From: Alkalispirochaeta sp.
GTDB lineage: Bacteria; Spirochaetota; Spirochaetia; DSM-27196; Alkalispirochaetaceae
Assembly (NCBI GenBank): GCA_965601925.1
Contig: OZ271854.1
Location: forward strand, 2,240,001 to 2,304,000
Length of the DNA: 64,000 nucleotides
Direction of reading: 5' to 3'
The position numbers and the translations under genes are program-made. This document shows positions 9,364 to 20,605 of this stretch, piece by piece. How positions within the stretch are numbered: position 1 is the stretch's first letter; every line of letters starts with the position of its first letter. Under the pieces are notes generated by a model. The model had not been told where the DNA came from. It ran no database searches and saw only the letters and a list, made by a program, of their open reading frames with translations.

Positions 9364-10251
9364 TTATCTCTTGCTCCAACCGACGTTCTCGGGATCGGTA
9401 TCGCCGCCAAGTTCGAGATAGACGGACTCCACGTTGTTCCGATGGGGTTCTTGGTTTAGGGTGGGCTGTCGATACGCGATATCTCGGCATGCAGTTACCG
9501 TTTCCTCTAACGACCGTCCGTTCTCAACCGCCCGAGTAATGCGCGCTCGAAGAATGGATAGGTAATCGGCATCTTCGCGAAAACGCTTTTCTATTTCATT
9601 GGACTCCGATGTTGCGTGGCCGTGGCCGGGGATGATTACTCGGACATCAAGAGTTGAGAGATAGTTAAGTGTCTGCTCATAGGCGTGTAGACTATCGCTG
9701 ACAAACGGGATTTCGACGTCGCTCAGAATATCGGACGCCCAAAGCGTCCCGCTGTCGGGCTCATACACGGCGAGTTGATCTCGTGCATGACCGGGCACAT
9801 GAAGAAACTGCAGAGACAGATCACCAATCCGCACCTCCATCCTATCCTGAAACGTCATATCGGGGAGAGGGATTTCAAATTTCATGCGCCTATGGACGTT
9901 CTCGTCTCTGCACCATTGCTCGATGTCTTCTACAATTTCCCGACTGTGATCCCGAATGCAGGAGACGTAGTTCGCATGGGCTATCGTTTTGATACCGGGA
10001 AACTGCTCCGGACCCAATAGATGATCCCAGTGGCTATGAGTCAGCGCGATTAACTGGGGCGTTATGCTGTGTGCCGCCAAAAAGCGCGCGATATCGAGGA
10101 TTTCGTGGGGAAAGACGGCGGGATCGACTAACAGAGCGTCGCCCCGACTGACAAACATGCCGCTGTTTGTGAGGTACAACTCACTCTGCCGGACCCAGAG
10201 ACTGGGTGTGATTTGTCGAATGAAATTAGACACCGGACGACTGACTACCAC
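9364..10251 (-). CDS. Metallo-beta-lactamase fold hydrolase
   Basis: THSHWDH, PGH, SD and IPGHG motifs; start uncertain; visibly lower GC than neighbours. Confidence 0.85.
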   Translation of the reverse strand: MVVSRPVSNFIRQITPSLWVRQSELYLTNSGMFVSRGDALLVDPAVFPHEILDIARFLAAHSITPQLIALTHSHWDHLLGPEQFPGIKTIAHANYVSCIRDHSREIVEDIEQWCRDENVHRRMKFEIPLPDMTFQDRMEVRIGDLSLQFLHVPGHARDQLAVYEPDSGTLWASDILSDVEIPFVSDSLHAYEQTLNYLSTLDVRVIIPGHGHATSESNEIEKRFREDADYLSILRARITRAVENGRSLEETVTACRDIAYRQPTLNQEPHRNNVESVYLELGGDTDPENVGWSKR

Positions 10252-10401
10252 CCGTCGGTCGTAGCACGCCGGAGCGACGTCCCGATCCGGGACGCTTCTC
10301 CGCGGTCATTCCGGAAAGAAGCGTAACGTTCAAAGCGACCCGTAGCTCCACGGTGATGGTGCGCCGAATGATCATTGATACGCTCCTTCTCCGATATCTC
10401 C

Positions 10402-11787
10402 TTAGGCCAAACGTCCCGCCACTCGTACGGTCCACTGCGCGAGCTCGCGAATACTCATCTCCTTCATGGTTCGCACGTAGGTGTAGAGGGTGTCGCCGAT
10501 CGGGTCGGTCCAGCGTCCGTCGATGGCACCGGCGCCTTTGGCCACGGCTAAGGCGGTCATGATCTGCGCCGCGTTACAGTCGACGTCCTGACCCTCCATG
10601 GCGATGATATTGAGCGTCTCGTCAAAGTCGCCCTCGCCGAACCAGAGCGCCACCACTTCGGCGCACGCGTTGGGATATGCGTGCACCCAGTTGTAGCGCC
10701 GGTAGCGCTCTTCGCACCGCTTCCACGCCACGGCCCATTCCTTTGAGCGCTTGCAACTGTCCAGGGCAAACGAGACGACCGAGGCGTACTCGCTCTTCGG
10801 CGGCATTGCGGAAACCGTCTCTTCCACGAGTCGCCGCATGTCGTTCTCGACAAAGGCACGAGATACCAACACAGCGTTAAACACCTCGCCGATGATGCCG
10901 TTGTTCTCGTGGGAGATCGTGCCGTCCATCCACGCGAGCCGCGCAGCCTCGCCGGCGTTACCCGGGGCGACGAGTCCGCACACCGCGCCGCGCATCTGGG
11001 CGCCGATCCACTCGGAGAAGGGGTTGTTCCGCAGCGCGCTCTGTGGAGGGAGGACACCCTCCTCGAGATTGCGTAACGCGACCATCTCCGCGGACCAACC
11101 AAAGGGAATGAGCGACACCCACTGCAACGCGATATCCCGAGCGGTAAGATCGGCTCCCCGTTCGTCGGCGGCTTTGAGAAAGGCGAGCTCGAAGGTGATA
11201 TCGTCGTTGAAGGTCGACGGTTTTACGAGGTATCCGCGAATATCTCCGTACGCCTCCCGCAGTTTCTCCGCGGTGTATCCCTCGATACTCGTGCCTAACG
11301 CACCTCCAACGATCTGAGCGACCCACCCGGCGTGGACTCGCTCGAGATACGCATCCGAATCCTCGTGGTATCCTTCGTCCTCCGGTAACGACGAGGCCGC
11401 CTCGAAGCTCTTCCAATCGTCGTAGCGGTCGAACTGCCAGTACGGCGAGGCGCGGTCGATCTCGGCCGAGGCCAGCCGTCCGAGGTGTCGCACGTGGGCC
11501 TCTATGAGGCGCGGCGTGTCGCCGACATCCAGTGCCCGGAGCGCCTCGTCTACGGTTTTCTCCCAGTCGGGGACGCGCATGCCGCGGTTTTCCAGCGCCT
11601 GCACCGCCGCCACCATGAGGCGCTCCGGCGCGCCGGAACCGGGGACGCGACTGAACCACTGCATGCGAATCAGGCTCTCCTGTTGGTGTTCCAACGCCTC
11701 AATGGCGTTCCACGTTTGGTCCTCTTCCTCGCGGAGTACCGGTTGCGCCTCCGCCATGAGCGCACGCTCTCGTTCCCACGCGGTCAT
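10402..11787 (-). CDS. ADP-ribosylglycohydrolase family protein
   Basis: GGALG..IEG, NDDIT, WIGAQMR and GQDVDCNAA motifs. Confidence 0.88.
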   Translation of the reverse strand: MTAWERERALMAEAQPVLREEEDQTWNAIEALEHQQESLIRMQWFSRVPGSGAPERLMVAAVQALENRGMRVPDWEKTVDEALRALDVGDTPRLIEAHVRHLGRLASAEIDRASPYWQFDRYDDWKSFEAASSLPEDEGYHEDSDAYLERVHAGWVAQIVGGALGTSIEGYTAEKLREAYGDIRGYLVKPSTFNDDITFELAFLKAADERGADLTARDIALQWVSLIPFGWSAEMVALRNLEEGVLPPQSALRNNPFSEWIGAQMRGAVCGLVAPGNAGEAARLAWMDGTISHENNGIIGEVFNAVLVSRAFVENDMRRLVEETVSAMPPKSEYASVVSFALDSCKRSKEWAVAWKRCEERYRRYNWVHAYPNACAEVVALWFGEGDFDETLNIIAMEGQDVDCNAAQIMTALAVAKGAGAIDGRWTDPIGDTLYTYVRTMKEMSIRELAQWTVRVAGRLA

Positions 11788-12722
11788 GCTCTACCGTCCA
11801 TTTCGCGTATCGAGTCGAGGATAATCGCCTTAAAGCGATTCACATCGAGTTCAAATGCTACGTCTGCGTTCGGTTCCTCGCCGGTCACACCGTAGACATC
11901 CACTACCGTTCGACCGCGCGTAAACACCCCGCGCGTCTCTACCTCTACGCGGAGGCGGCGGGTCGTCAGGATATCGGGCTCGACCGAGGCCATGACCGCC
12001 AACGCATCGTGGAGCGGCGCTCCGGCGACACCGAAATTTTCATCATAGGCGGCGGCAAAGAACCGCAAGAGCGGGGCTACAATGCGCGAGACGCGCCCGC
12101 CTCGGTCTTCGATGGCGTCGATCTCCTCTACGGTAAACAGTGCGCGGTTGGTGACGTCCAGCCCGACCATTGTGATGGGGCGGCCGCAGCCGAAGACGAT
12201 TTCAGCCGCCTCAGGGTCGACGTAGATGTTGAACTCCGCAGCAGGAGTGACGTTGGAGTCGTAGACCGCGCCGCCCATCAAGACGATGCGTTCGATCTTC
12301 TCGGCGACGGCGGGGTTTTTCCGCAACAGAAGCGCTATGTTGGTCAGCGGTCCCGTCGGAACCACCGTCACCGGCTCCTCGGCGGCCATGAGCGTGTGTT
12401 CCAGAAATTCGACGGCGTGCTCCTCGCGAGGCACGATCGTCGACTCGGGAAGATCGGCACCGTCCAGTCCCGATACACCGTGAATATTGGGCGCCGTCTC
12501 GAGCTCGCGCGTCAAAGGATAATCGCATCCCCGAGCGAGCGGCGTGTCCGTTTCGCGCATTAGCGTGAGCACCTTGCCGGCGTTGGCGAACGTCCGCTCC
12601 CCCGTTTGGTTGCCCGCCACGGTGGTTACACCGAGGAGCTCGATATCGGGATGCGATGAGGCCACCATCATGGCCATCATGTCGTCGTGACCGGGATCGC
12701 AGTCGAGTAGTATGCGTTTCAT
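11784..12722 (-). CDS. Nucleoside hydrolase (IUNH/Rih family)
   Basis: DCDPGHDD, TGPLTN, AEFN..DPEAA and LHD motifs. Confidence 0.95.
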   Translation of the reverse strand: MKRILLDCDPGHDDMMAMMVASSHPDIELLGVTTVAGNQTGERTFANAGKVLTLMRETDTPLARGCDYPLTRELETAPNIHGVSGLDGADLPESTIVPREEHAVEFLEHTLMAAEEPVTVVPTGPLTNIALLLRKNPAVAEKIERIVLMGGAVYDSNVTPAAEFNIYVDPEAAEIVFGCGRPITMVGLDVTNRALFTVEEIDAIEDRGGRVSRIVAPLLRFFAAAYDENFGVAGAPLHDALAVMASVEPDILTTRRLRVEVETRGVFTRGRTVVDVYGVTGEEPNADVAFELDVNRFKAIILDSIREMDGRA

Positions 12723-13741
12723 CGTAACTCCTCTTTTCGTTCGCCGTCGGATGAGGATCGGCGGCGTCGAACGGCCGCTGCTATGCCGCCCGCCGTCCCG
12801 CCTCGCCGGCCCGGACGCGTTCCGGTGGGATGGGGCCTTCGTCGGCGCGTGTGCCGTGCCGCGTAGACGGTCAGGGCGATGACCGTCGCTACGTACGGAA
12901 TCGTCTGTATCAGTTCCGACGGCACCTCCAGAGAGCTAATGTATATGGCTGCGGCATTGACGAAGCCGAAGAGGAGCGAGCCCATTGCCGTGCCGAGCGG
13001 CAGATTGCCGCCCATAGTTGCCGCCGCCACGGCGATGAATCCGCGTCCTGCGGTCATGTCTCGGGAGAACCACGAGACGTAACCCATGGATAGGTACAAT
13101 CCGCCCAACGCTCCGAAGACGCCGGACAGAAGCAGGGCGTACATTTTCGTCCGGCCGACGGGTATGCCGACCGATTCGGCGGCGTCGGGATTCTGGCCCA
13201 CCGCACGGATACGGAGTCCCAGCGGCGTACGATAGAGGACGACTCCGTACACGATCGCCGCCGCCACGGCACCGTAGGTGAGTATGTTGTGCCCGCTTAC
13301 CATAGGGCCCAGAATCGGAATCCGAGACAGTACCGGGATCTGCAATGTCGGAAACACGAGACTCGCCAGGCGGCTCGTACTGCGCTCTCCGGCAATGACG
13401 ATAAGGAGAAAGATCGACAAGCCGCTCGCCAGGAGGTTCAATGCCACCGCGGCGAGAATGATGTCCGCCTTCAGGTTGAGATGAAAATACGCCAACAGCG
13501 CGGCAAAGAGTACGCCCGCGGCGAGTCCGCCGAGAAGCGCCAACAGGAGGCTCTGCGTATAGACGCTCACCAACACGCCGGCGAAGGCGGAAATCAACAT
13601 GGTGCCTTCCTGTCCGATATTGATCGTGCCGCTCTTGGCCGTAATCGCGACGCCAAGGGCGGGGTACACTAACGGCGTCGTCACGCGAATCACGGCATAG
13701 CCGAACTCGGGAGACAGTAGGCTCTCGAGGAGGGGATTCAT
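12719..13741 (-). CDS. Nucleoside ABC transporter permease (NupC-like)
   Basis: NIGQEG, GLRIRAVGQNP.AA and MTAGRGFIA; multi-TM. Confidence 0.9.
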   Translation of the reverse strand: MNPLLESLLSPEFGYAVIRVTTPLVYPALGVAITAKSGTINIGQEGTMLISAFAGVLVSVYTQSLLLALLGGLAAGVLFAALLAYFHLNLKADIILAAVALNLLASGLSIFLLIVIAGERSTSRLASLVFPTLQIPVLSRIPILGPMVSGHNILTYGAVAAAIVYGVVLYRTPLGLRIRAVGQNPDAAESVGIPVGRTKMYALLLSGVFGALGGLYLSMGYVSWFSRDMTAGRGFIAVAAATMGGNLPLGTAMGSLLFGFVNAAAIYISSLEVPSELIQTIPYVATVIALTVYAARHTRRRRPHPTGTRPGRRGGTAGGIAAAVRRRRSSSDGERKEELR

Positions 13742-14805
13742 CGTTCCGTCTCCCGCGCCGTCTCAGCTGCGGTAACGACGAGATTTCGACGCCACCGATC
13801 CAGAAAAGCCTGCGCCGTAATAAGCAGAATGATGATCGATTGAATAACCGGAACGATCTCGCCCGGAACGTCGGACATGAGCTTTAGCTGCTGTCCTCCG
13901 ACTCTGAGATAGGCCAAAAAGAGCGACGCCGGAACGATAAGGAACGGGTGGTTGCGACCGATAATGGCGACGATTACACCGTCCCATCCGTATCCGGGAC
14001 TAATTTGCCAGTTGAACCGTCGGTGGATACCCATGACTTCGGTCATACCGCCTACTCCGGCGATGAGACCGGTAAGCACGTGCGCCAATATGACGATCCG
14101 CGTCGTATTGATGCCGCCGAAACGTGCGAATCGGCGGTTATACCCGGTCATGCGAATCTCATAACCGGTCGTCGTATGGAAGAGGAGATAGTAGACCGCC
14201 ACCGCCGCCAGGAGAGACATGACGATCCCCCAATGAATACGCGTTCCATCCACAAATCGTGCGAGCCAAGCGCTCTCGGGTAGGGTCAGGGATACCATGT
14301 ATCCGGCGTTCAGATCTCTGAAGTGGTGATTGATGAGATACAAACCGCCGAAGTACGCCACGTAGTTAAGCATCAGCGAACTCACCACCTCGCTGGCGTT
14401 GTAGCGCGCTTTGAGAATGCCCGGCACAACACCCCACACCGCACCGACCGCTGCGGAAAGAAGCAGAATGACGGGGACGTGAAGAAAGGCGGGCATATCG
14501 GTAGAGACGGCAAAGGCGGTGCCCACCGCTGCGGTGAGATACATCGCGCCCTCGGCTCCGATATAAAACTGCTTGGCGCGAAACGCGACCGCGATCGCGA
14601 GTCCGGCAAAGATGATCGGGGATGCAGTTTCCAGTATCGTCGCAACGGTGCGTCGACTGCGAAAGGGCCCGAGGAAAAACGACTCGAGCGCAACGACGCG
14701 GTCCGCGCTTATCAATACGACGAAGAGCACACACAATGCAATCCCCGCCGCAACGGCGATCGACGTGCGAATCAATGTGAAGTTGCGAAGCACGAAACGT
14801 TGCAC
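13738..14805 (-). CDS. Nucleoside ABC transporter permease (NupB-like)
   Basis: IGAEG, EVVSSLMLNY and GYGWDG motifs; multi-TM. Confidence 0.9.
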   Translation of the reverse strand: MQRFVLRNFTLIRTSIAVAAGIALCVLFVVLISADRVVALESFFLGPFRSRRTVATILETASPIIFAGLAIAVAFRAKQFYIGAEGAMYLTAAVGTAFAVSTDMPAFLHVPVILLLSAAVGAVWGVVPGILKARYNASEVVSSLMLNYVAYFGGLYLINHHFRDLNAGYMVSLTLPESAWLARFVDGTRIHWGIVMSLLAAVAVYYLLFHTTTGYEIRMTGYNRRFARFGGINTTRIVILAHVLTGLIAGVGGMTEVMGIHRRFNWQISPGYGWDGVIVAIIGRNHPFLIVPASLFLAYLRVGGQQLKLMSDVPGEIVPVIQSIIILLITAQAFLDRWRRNLVVTAAETARETER

Positions 14806-14808
14806 CGA

Positions 14809-16335
14809 CTACCGCTCCTGTCGCATCACGCCGAGCATGTACGGTCCCAAATCGGTCGCCTCCATCCCCGCGGTATCGTCAAAGCGCGCTACGATCTCAC
14901 CGTTGTACATTACCAGGATTCGCGACGAGAGTTTAATAACCTCGTCCAGGTCCGCGGAGACTACAAAGACCGCTCGACCGCGATCCCGCGTGGTTACCAA
15001 GAGTCGATGGAGCTCTTCCCACGAACCCACATCGACGCCGCGGGTCGGCTGGCTGGCTACGACCACGTGCGGCTCCGCCGAGAGCTCGCGCGCGACGACG
15101 CACTTTTGAATATTGCCCCCCGAGAGCGCGCGCATTTCCTGTTCCACGCCGGCGGCTCGAATATCGAAGTCGCGCATCAAGGTGCGGCTGAACGCCGCGA
15201 TCTCCTTCCAGCGCAGATGTCCACCGCGAGAGAACGGCGCCGTATCGTAGCGGTCGACGATGAAGTTTTCACGAAGCGACCCCTCCACCGCGACGCCGTC
15301 TTCCATGCGGTCTTCCGGGATGTGGGCGACGCCCCGTCTGCGGATCTCACGGGGGGATAGACCGGCGATATCCTCGCCGCGAATCAGGATGCGGCCCGCC
15401 TGTGGCGCAATGAGCCCGGCAATCGAACGAACGATCTCGGTTTGTCCGTTTCCCTCGACACCGGCGACGCCGACGATCTCCCCGGCGTGTACCTCGAACG
15501 ACACATCGCGCAGAACGTCGACTCCTTCGTCGTCGGTGTAGCGCACATGCTCTACCTGCAACAGCGGCGGCCCGACCTCCGTCGACGGGGCGACGCGATC
15601 GAACTCGATCGTGCGGCCGACCATGAGCGTGGCGATATCCTCGCGCGAGAGATCCTTCGTCTTGCGCGTGTCCACGACGGTGGCGTCCCGCATGATCGTC
15701 ACGGTGTCGGCGACCCGAGCTATTTCATCGAGTTTGTGAGAGATAAAGAGAATCGTCTTCCCCTCGGCGGTCAGTGCTGCGAAAGTTTCAAAGAGGCGTT
15801 CCGACTCTTGCGGTGTGAGTACGGCGGTCGGCTCGTCGAGAATCAGCAGCTCCGCCTCCCGAAAGAGCGCCTTGAGGATCTCCACGCGCTGCCTGGTACC
15901 GACCGGTAGGTCGCGGATTTTGCGTTCCACCGGTACATCCAGCCGATACCGCGCCGCCGTCTCGCGGGCGATCCCGACGATCCGCTTTGTGTCGAGAAAG
16001 AGCGCCCCGCGCCGCGGTTCGATACCGAGAATAAGATTTTCCGCAACGGTCAAATCGGGGGCGAGCATGAGGTGTTGGTGCACCATGCCGACGCCGCGCT
16101 CAATCGCCTCGTGAGGGGAGTGGGGTGCGAACGGTTCGCCTTTGAAGACGATTTCGCCGTGCTGCGCATCGACCATACCGAATAGGATCTTCATGAGCGT
16201 GGTCTTACCCGCACCGTTCTCGCCGACGACGGCGTGAACGGTGCGGGGCGCTACGTCGAAAGAGATATCACGATTCGCTACCGTGCCGTTGGGATATATC
16301 TTGGTGATGTTGCGAACGCGTAGTATCGGTTCCAT
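14809..16335 (-). CDS. Nucleoside ABC transporter ATP-binding protein, two NBDs (NupA-like)
   Basis: GENGAGKT, ILDEPT and LSGGNIQK. Confidence 0.93.
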   Translation of the reverse strand: MEPILRVRNITKIYPNGTVANRDISFDVAPRTVHAVVGENGAGKTTLMKILFGMVDAQHGEIVFKGEPFAPHSPHEAIERGVGMVHQHLMLAPDLTVAENLILGIEPRRGALFLDTKRIVGIARETAARYRLDVPVERKIRDLPVGTRQRVEILKALFREAELLILDEPTAVLTPQESERLFETFAALTAEGKTILFISHKLDEIARVADTVTIMRDATVVDTRKTKDLSREDIATLMVGRTIEFDRVAPSTEVGPPLLQVEHVRYTDDEGVDVLRDVSFEVHAGEIVGVAGVEGNGQTEIVRSIAGLIAPQAGRILIRGEDIAGLSPREIRRRGVAHIPEDRMEDGVAVEGSLRENFIVDRYDTAPFSRGGHLRWKEIAAFSRTLMRDFDIRAAGVEQEMRALSGGNIQKCVVARELSAEPHVVVASQPTRGVDVGSWEELHRLLVTTRDRGRAVFVVSADLDEVIKLSSRILVMYNGEIVARFDDTAGMEATDLGPYMLGVMRQER

Positions 16336-16422
16336 CGGTGCTCTTCCGCGCCGGGCGCACGAGTAGCCGGCGCGGGACGCATCTCCGCGCTGTATCGTAC
16401 GGTCGAAGCCGTCGACTCGGCG

Positions 16423-17481
16423 TCAGTTTCCCAACGCGCTCTCGACGCGAATTGCACCGCTTTCGATTCGACCGGCCAACTCGGTTATACGCGTCGCAAT
16501 CTCCGACGGAACGAGCCTGGTGAAGTTTTCGTTTTCCGCAAGGCCTACACCGCCTTCGCTGAGACCCAGTACCTCGGCCTCTCCGTACGGCAGCTCGCCG
16601 GACAGATGAAGACGGATAGCGCGATAAATCGAGTTATCGACATTTTTCATCATCGACGTCACGATCGCGCGCGCTTGCGCCTCGTCGGTCTCCCGTAACA
16701 GCTCGTACTGATCGGAGTCGACGCCGATCGCGTAGCGGCCCCGCTCCTCAGCCGCCTCGATCACGCCCAAGCTGCTTTCGGATGCTACACCGAAGACGAA
16801 GTCGGCGCCCTGTTCGATCTGTGCAAGAGCCAGTTCCTTGCCGCGCGCCGGATCGTTGAAACTACCGACGTAGGTCGCAAGGACGCGAACTTCGGGATCG
16901 ATCTCGCGCGCTCCCTGTTCAAACCCCACGCGGAAGTCGTTGATAACCGGAATATCCTGTCCGCCGATAAAGCCGACTACCTTCTCGTCGTTGACGCCCT
17001 CTATGCCGGTCTCTTGAGTAAGAAGCGCCGCCAAGGCCCCGGCGAGAAAGGACCCTTCGTTTTGGCTGTACAGGATCGAGTACACGTTGTCGAGTCCGCC
17101 GCGGGAGAAATCGACCGCAGTGTCGTAGGTGATGAACATTTTATCCGGATGGTCGGGCGCGATGTCCCCGACATACTCCGCAAGTTGCCACGTTCCGGCG
17201 ATGACGATATCCCAATCGCCCTCGGCAAGCTGTGTAATGTCCGGTTGCCAGTTGGCGGGGTCCCAGCCGCCCTCGACGGTTCGTCCGACAATCCCGAACT
17301 CCTCGATTGCCCGTTCCATGCCGCGATGGGCGGAGTCGAAAAACGACTGGTCGCCGAGGGTGCCGTTGAGATAGAGCACCACACGAAGTTGATCGCCGTC
17401 CCGCTCTTCCGCCTCCCCGCCGGCAAACAGAGAACCGGTCGCCGTCGCTGCAATGACCAATGCAATGATGAAACGCTTCAT
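16423..17481 (-). CDS. BMP-family nucleoside-binding protein
   Basis: LGDQSFF, EGSFLAG and AIGVDSDQ; spirochete-style SLFAGG signal; AGGAGGAG RBS. Confidence 0.93.
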   Translation of the reverse strand: MKRFIIALVIAATATGSLFAGGEAEERDGDQLRVVLYLNGTLGDQSFFDSAHRGMERAIEEFGIVGRTVEGGWDPANWQPDITQLAEGDWDIVIAGTWQLAEYVGDIAPDHPDKMFITYDTAVDFSRGGLDNVYSILYSQNEGSFLAGALAALLTQETGIEGVNDEKVVGFIGGQDIPVINDFRVGFEQGAREIDPEVRVLATYVGSFNDPARGKELALAQIEQGADFVFGVASESSLGVIEAAEERGRYAIGVDSDQYELLRETDEAQARAIVTSMMKNVDNSIYRAIRLHLSGELPYGEAEVLGLSEGGVGLAENENFTRLVPSEIATRITELAGRIESGAIRVESALGN

Positions 17482-17561
17482 GTGTCTCCTCCTTTACGAC
17501 TCGTCGTATCGACAAAAGTGTATATTTTTCACAAACACCGTACCGCCACCGCTGCACCAGG

Positions 17562-18563
17562 TCAAGGAGTGGTAGTGGATACTCCCGCCGGCGGATTTAC
17601 CAGATGGCAGGCCACGCGACGCCCGTCGGGGTGCGTTTTCAACCGTGGTGTGAGGCGGCGGCACACCTCCATCGCGTAGGGGCAACGCGTATGAAAGCGA
17701 CATCCCGGCGGCGGATCGGCCGCCGAGGGTAGCTCGCCTCCCAAGACGATGCGCCGCGTCTTCTCACGGGGATGGGCGCGCGGTACCGCCGACAGGAGCG
17801 CCTGCGAGTAGGGGTGCAACGGGCCGGAAAAAAAGGTCTCCGGCGGCGCCTCCTCGACGATCTTGCCGAGATACATGACTCCCACCGTATCGGCTACCAG
17901 ACGCACCACGGCCAGATCGTGGGATATGAAGAGGTACGTGAGCCCGTACTCGGTCTGCAGCTCCGAGAGAAGGTTGAGAATCTGCGCCTGTATACTCACG
18001 TCCAGGGCGCTCACCGGCTCGTCGGCGACGACGAATGAGGGCCGGACGGCAAGGGCGCGGGCGATGACGATGCGTTGCCGCTGCCCGCCGGAAAACTCGT
18101 GGGGAAAGCGACGCGCTTGGCTCTCGGCGATTCCGCATCGCTTGAGGAGTGAGCGCGCTTCGCGACGCGCCTCGCGTCCACGGGCGAGGCCGTGGACGAC
18201 GAGCGGCTCGGCTACGACGTCTTCGACGCGCATGCGCGGGTTGAGCGCGCTGTAGGGGTCTTGAAAGACGATCTGCATTTGCCCGCGCAGGCGCCGGATC
18301 GCCGCGCCCCGGTCTTTCAGCACCTCCACGCCGTCGAAGCGCACCGACCCCGCCGTCGGCTCAACCAAGCGCAGAATCGACCGTCCCGTCGTGGACTTGC
18401 CGCACCCCGACTCCCCCACGAGGGCGTACGTCTCACCGGGGGCTACGCGGAAGCTGACACCGTCGACCGCACGAACGGTGCGTCTCTTGCGACCGATGGA
18501 AAGGCCCGGAGAGGAGAAGTGAGTCGCGAGGTCGCGTACATCAACGAGGGGCTTCTCCGTCAC
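17562..18563 (-). CDS. Oligopeptide-type ABC ATP-binding protein (OppF-like)
   Basis: [16 protein letters not shown] and C-terminal GCRFHTRC. Confidence 0.93.
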   Translation of the reverse strand: MTEKPLVDVRDLATHFSSPGLSIGRKRRTVRAVDGVSFRVAPGETYALVGESGCGKSTTGRSILRLVEPTAGSVRFDGVEVLKDRGAAIRRLRGQMQIVFQDPYSALNPRMRVEDVVAEPLVVHGLARGREARREARSLLKRCGIAESQARRFPHEFSGGQRQRIVIARALAVRPSFVVADEPVSALDVSIQAQILNLLSELQTEYGLTYLFISHDLAVVRLVADTVGVMYLGKIVEEAPPETFFSGPLHPYSQALLSAVPRAHPREKTRRIVLGGELPSAADPPPGCRFHTRCPYAMEVCRRLTPRLKTHPDGRRVACHLVNPPAGVSTTTP

Positions 18564-19687
18564 GACGATCCTTCCGGCGCGGAGGTTCGGCGTTCCCGTT
18601 GCTCCGACGTGTCGTGGAGCCAGCAGTATACTTCGTGGGCCGCTTCGAGACGGAACCGCCGAGGACGACGCTCACCGCACACCTCCATAGCGTGGGGGCA
18701 ACGGGGATGGAACGGACACCCCGACGGCTTGACGAACGGATTGGGCGCCTCGCCGGGAATGGGACGAAGGGCTGTGCGCCCCTGCCGAAGAGTCGGACGC
18801 GCTTCCAACAGTGAGCGTGAGTAGGGGTGGGCCGGCGCATCGAAGAGCACCTCAACCGTGGTCCGTTCGACCAACTGGCCCGCGTACATGACCGAGACGT
18901 CGTGGGCGACCTCGGCAATCACTCCCAGATCGTGTGATATGAACAACACCGCCACTCCGAGGTTCTCTTGAAGGGTGCGGATCAACTCGATTATTTGCGC
19001 CTGGATCGTCACATCGAGGGCGGTCGTCGGTTCGTCGGCGATTAAGAGTTGCGGATTGCACGCCAGCGCCATGGCGATCATCACGCGCTGCCGCATGCCG
19101 CCGCTCAAACTGGCCGGATATTGGGCGACCAGTTGCCGGGGGCGGGCGATACCGACCATATCGAGGAGCTCCACGGCGCGTTCCACCGCCTGGGCGCGCC
19201 GGAGGCGTTGGTGCAGTCGCACGCCCTCGGCTATCTGATCTCCCACGGTGTACAACGGATCGAGAGATGTCATCGGCTCCTGAAAGATCATGGCGATTTC
19301 GCCGCCGCGAATGCGCCGACGTTCGCGCTCGGCGAGGGTGAGTACGTCTTTACCGTCGAACCAGATCTCGCCGTCGTCGATGCGCGCGCCGTCGGAAAGT
19401 AGTCCGATAATGCTTAAGGCCAATTGCGTCTTGCCGCTGCCGGACTCTCCCACGATCCCCATCGACTTACCCCGTTCAAGGTCGAAGGAGACGTCGTCGA
19501 CGGCCGGGACTACGCCGCGCGGAGTATCGAACACGGTACGGAGATTTCTCACGCTGAGGAGCGTTCCCGATCGACGGTCGGGGTGCGATGGCGTCGCCGC
19601 CTCGGACCGGCCGCTGTGAGATCGAGGCGCATTGCGGTCCGTTCCTCCCTCTTTGCCGCCTCGCGCGCCGTATCGTACTCCTCGCAT
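18560..19687 (-). CDS. Oligopeptide-type ABC ATP-binding protein (OppD-like)
   Basis: [16 protein letters not shown] and GCPFHPRC; start uncertain. Confidence 0.92.
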   Translation of the reverse strand: MRGVRYGARGGKEGGTDRNAPRSHSGRSEAATPSHPDRRSGTLLSVRNLRTVFDTPRGVVPAVDDVSFDLERGKSMGIVGESGSGKTQLALSIIGLLSDGARIDDGEIWFDGKDVLTLAERERRRIRGGEIAMIFQEPMTSLDPLYTVGDQIAEGVRLHQRLRRAQAVERAVELLDMVGIARPRQLVAQYPASLSGGMRQRVMIAMALACNPQLLIADEPTTALDVTIQAQIIELIRTLQENLGVAVLFISHDLGVIAEVAHDVSVMYAGQLVERTTVEVLFDAPAHPYSRSLLEARPTLRQGRTALRPIPGEAPNPFVKPSGCPFHPRCPHAMEVCGERRPRRFRLEAAHEVYCWLHDTSEQRERRTSAPEGSS

Positions 19688-19693
19688 CGCGCG

Positions 19694-20605
19694 TCAGATC
19701 CTCACCTTGGGATCGAAGAAGTCGCGCAAAAAGTCGCCTACGAGGTTGATCGACAGAACGATCACCATAAGGAGCACGCCGGGGAAGACGACGATCCACC
19801 ACGCCGCAAAGAAGGTCTCCTGCGCCTCGCTCAGGATGCCGCCCAACGTCGGTGTCGGGAGCGGAATTCCTAAACCGAGAAAGCTGAGCGCCGCCTCGGC
19901 GATGATCATCTGTCCCGCCGACAAGGTGATGCTCACCAGAACGATTCCGACGATCTGCGGCGCAATGTGGAGCGCCAGTATGCGCGCGTGCGAGCATCCC
20001 ACCGCTCGCGCCGCCTCGACGTAGTTGGACTCGCGCGTCCTCAGCACCTCGGCGCGCACCAACTTGGCAAAGGTGACCCATCCGGTCAGCCCGAGAACGA
20101 GCGCAACATTGACGAGTCCCGGACCGATCGCCGCGACCACCGCGATGGCGAGAACGACGAAGGGAAGGGAGAGCAGCGCGTCGACGATACGCATGATGAC
20201 CGCGTCGGTGACTCCGCCGAAGTAGCCGGCAAGGAGTCCCAACACGACCCCAATGGAGGAAGCGACCGCAACCGCGATCATCGCTACGGTGAGTGAGACG
20301 CGGGTCGCCATCAGCAATCGCGCTCCCAGATCGCGACCCAGAGAGTCGGTGCCGAGGTACGACGGATACGCCGCCTCGACGCCGAAGGTCACCGCCGGTA
20401 CCCGGGACGGGGGCTTGAGGGCGTTCATCAACTGCTGCTCCAGCGGATCGATGGGATACAGCGGCGCCGCCGACGCCGAGATCACGACGACGAGTACCAA
20501 CACGTGCGCCGCCATCGCCGCCGGGCGACGACGGACCGCGACCAGATAATCGCGAATACCGAGGCGAGTCTCACTCGGCGTGGTCGGTATCGCACCTACG
20601 CCCAC
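19694..20605 (-). CDS. Oligopeptide-type ABC permease (OppC-like)
   Basis: LGTDSLGRD, YVEAARAVG and EAALSFLGLG; GTG start overlapping the upstream stop is inferred. Confidence 0.9.
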   Translation of the reverse strand: MGVGAIPTTPSETRLGIRDYLVAVRRRPAAMAAHVLVLVVVISASAAPLYPIDPLEQQLMNALKPPSRVPAVTFGVEAAYPSYLGTDSLGRDLGARLLMATRVSLTVAMIAVAVASSIGVVLGLLAGYFGGVTDAVIMRIVDALLSLPFVVLAIAVVAAIGPGLVNVALVLGLTGWVTFAKLVRAEVLRTRESNYVEAARAVGCSHARILALHIAPQIVGIVLVSITLSAGQMIIAEAALSFLGLGIPLPTPTLGGILSEAQETFFAAWWIVVFPGVLLMVIVLSINLVGDFLRDFFDPKVRI

